Below, in pieces: positions 62,476-64,000 of a DNA stretch of 64,000 bases. The stretch's first letter is position 1. Every line of letters begins with the position of its first letter. Origin of the DNA: Azolla caroliniana (Eukaryota > Plantae > Polypodiophyta); the NCBI GenBank assembly GCA_043228905.1, contig JBHGNT010000007.1:21018001-21082000 (forward strand). Direction: 5' to 3'. The notes beneath the pieces are model-generated. The model was given only the letters and a program-made list of their open reading frames with translations, was not told the origin of the DNA and searched no databases. The translations under genes were made by a program, and so were the position numbers.

Positions 62476-64000
62476 GATATCTGACACGTTTCAGAGGTTC
62501 GGTTGAATCTGATATCAGTCGGTTGGCTAGATGATGAAGGTTACATGGGTAGCATCCGGAACGGAGTCATGAAGTTCAACATAGGAAACTTGATCGTGGA
62601 CCGAGCCCGGAAGATTAACAAACTTTACCTGATGCATTCTCGGATATGCCAGGAAGAAATGAACGTAGCATCTGAAAATGCCAGTGAGCTATGGCACAAA
62701 AGGTTGTGCCACATGAGCCAAAAGGGGATGCGAAAACTTGTCGATGACAACCTCATTCCGGAGGTGAAAGACGTGCAGTTTGAGAGATGCACAGACTGCT
62801 TGGCCGGCAAACAAAATGAGCCTCCTTCCGAACAAGACCACTGATGAGACGGAATGCACCGTTGGAACTTGTGCATACCGATATATGTCAAGTGGACATG
62901 GAGTCACATGCCGGATTGCAGTACTTAGTGACTTTCGTAGATGACCACAACTGGAAGTTGTGGGTCTCACCACTGAAGACGAAGGACCACGTACTATCCT
63001 TCTTGAAGGAATACCAGGGGAAGGGAAACCGGCCGGAAGTTGAAGGCGGTTCGAGTAGAAAATGGAGGAGAATACCGGGGGCAGTTCAAGGAGTAGTGCT
63101 GGTCAAAGGGAATCTGGCTCAAATTCACCGTGCTGAAGACGATGGAACTGAATGGGCTGGCCGAAAGGATGAACCAGACCGAAATGGAGAGAGTCTGAAG
63201 TATGCTTGCACATGCTTAGTTTTCCAAGACATTTTAGGACAAGACGCTGATGTCGGCTACCTACGTGATTAACAGATCACCCTCAATACCCTTGGACAGA
63301 GAGAGACCACAAAGAGTATGGACTAGTAAAGATGTGTCTTACCGGTTGTCTCATTTACGTGCATGTAGCAAAGGATAGGAGAGCAAAGTTGGATCTGAAG
63401 TCCCAGCCATGCATATTCCCCAGATATTGTGATGATGAGTTCGGTTATCGAGTGTGGGATTTGGTCGACAATAAGGTCTTCCGGAGTCAAGACATAGTTT
63501 TCATGCAAGACAAGACCATTCCCGACTCGGTGTCAAAGAAGAAGATAGTGGACTCCAGGTCGACCAATAGAGATCGGTCAGAAGATACAAAGAATCATCC
63601 GGGCCAGAAACCCAATGACACTCGAGGAACAAGACGGAGTTGGACAAGAAACTGAACCAATCGAAGAAGAAGAAGAATCGGACACCAGGACCGGACAAGA
63701 CCCGGAATCAGATTCAGATGAAGAACAAACGGAGGAACCGGTGGTCCAGTACCAAGGAAGAAAGATATCCTCTCAGGGAGAGAAGAGCCCCCTAGAGATT
63801 TCCGGATGTAGAGCATGTTTTACTGACCGACGAGGGGGAGCCGGAAAACTTCAAAGAAACAAGGAAAGACACCCACAACCGCAAGTGGTTAAGTGCCATG
63901 GAAGATGAGATGGATTCCCTGCATGAGAACCATACATACAAATTGATGGAGCTTGCAAAAGGAAAGAGAGCGCTCCGGAACAAGTGGGTGTACAAGCTGA

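Larger units (their letters stand above)
32317..64000 (+). mobile_element. Tnt1-like Copia element (related to 22224), outermost shell of the nest; runs beyond the window
   Basis: LTR start TGTTGGGAAATAGGTCCC at 32317; second LTR half at ~35340-35550; PBS TGGTATCAGAGC at ~35555. Gag runs to 36058 and resumes at 61979 (GGGAGGCC|CACTTGCTTTTATTGC, matching 23564-23590). PR, INT and the start of RT follow to 64000. Confidence 0.88.

Overview
Eukaryotic, transposon-dense DNA from a land plant. The Phygy-like Gypsy and Sola-like elements suggest a non-seed plant (fern, lycophyte or bryophyte); this is inference. There is only one apparently intact host gene: a two-exon SDR110C-type (ABA2/TS2-like) dehydrogenase at 11489-12660 (-), with a ~512-bp tandem duplication upstream. 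An RPL6 pseudogene fragment sits at the left end. The rest is nested mobile DNA. (1) A Copia element at 18128-28937 (TSD CTCAA) carries a Tnt1-like Copia at 22224-27197. (2) A four-level nest: Copia (32317 to the window end) contains an Athila-like Gypsy (36059-61978, TSD AGGCC), which contains a Sola2-like DNA transposon (39132-56314, 25-bp TIRs, TSD TTTT), which contains a young Phygy-like Gypsy (39885-46495). Main observation: two LTR elements with dissimilar LTRs have no polypurine tract before the 3' LTR. Instead both have the identical 17-mer GTCCCACAGGCGTGCCA, resembling a tRNA-Arg 3' end including CCA, exactly 2 nt before the LTR. This suggests tRNA-primed (dual-PBS) plus-strand synthesis. 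Also notable: a ~10.6-kb Sola2-like element with RING and FCP1-like cargo and palindromic-satellite introns; antisense tRNA-like Pol III boxes in Phygy-like LTRs; and a slippery site with pseudoknot between protease and RT. All family assignments come from motif recognition by eye, not database searches.
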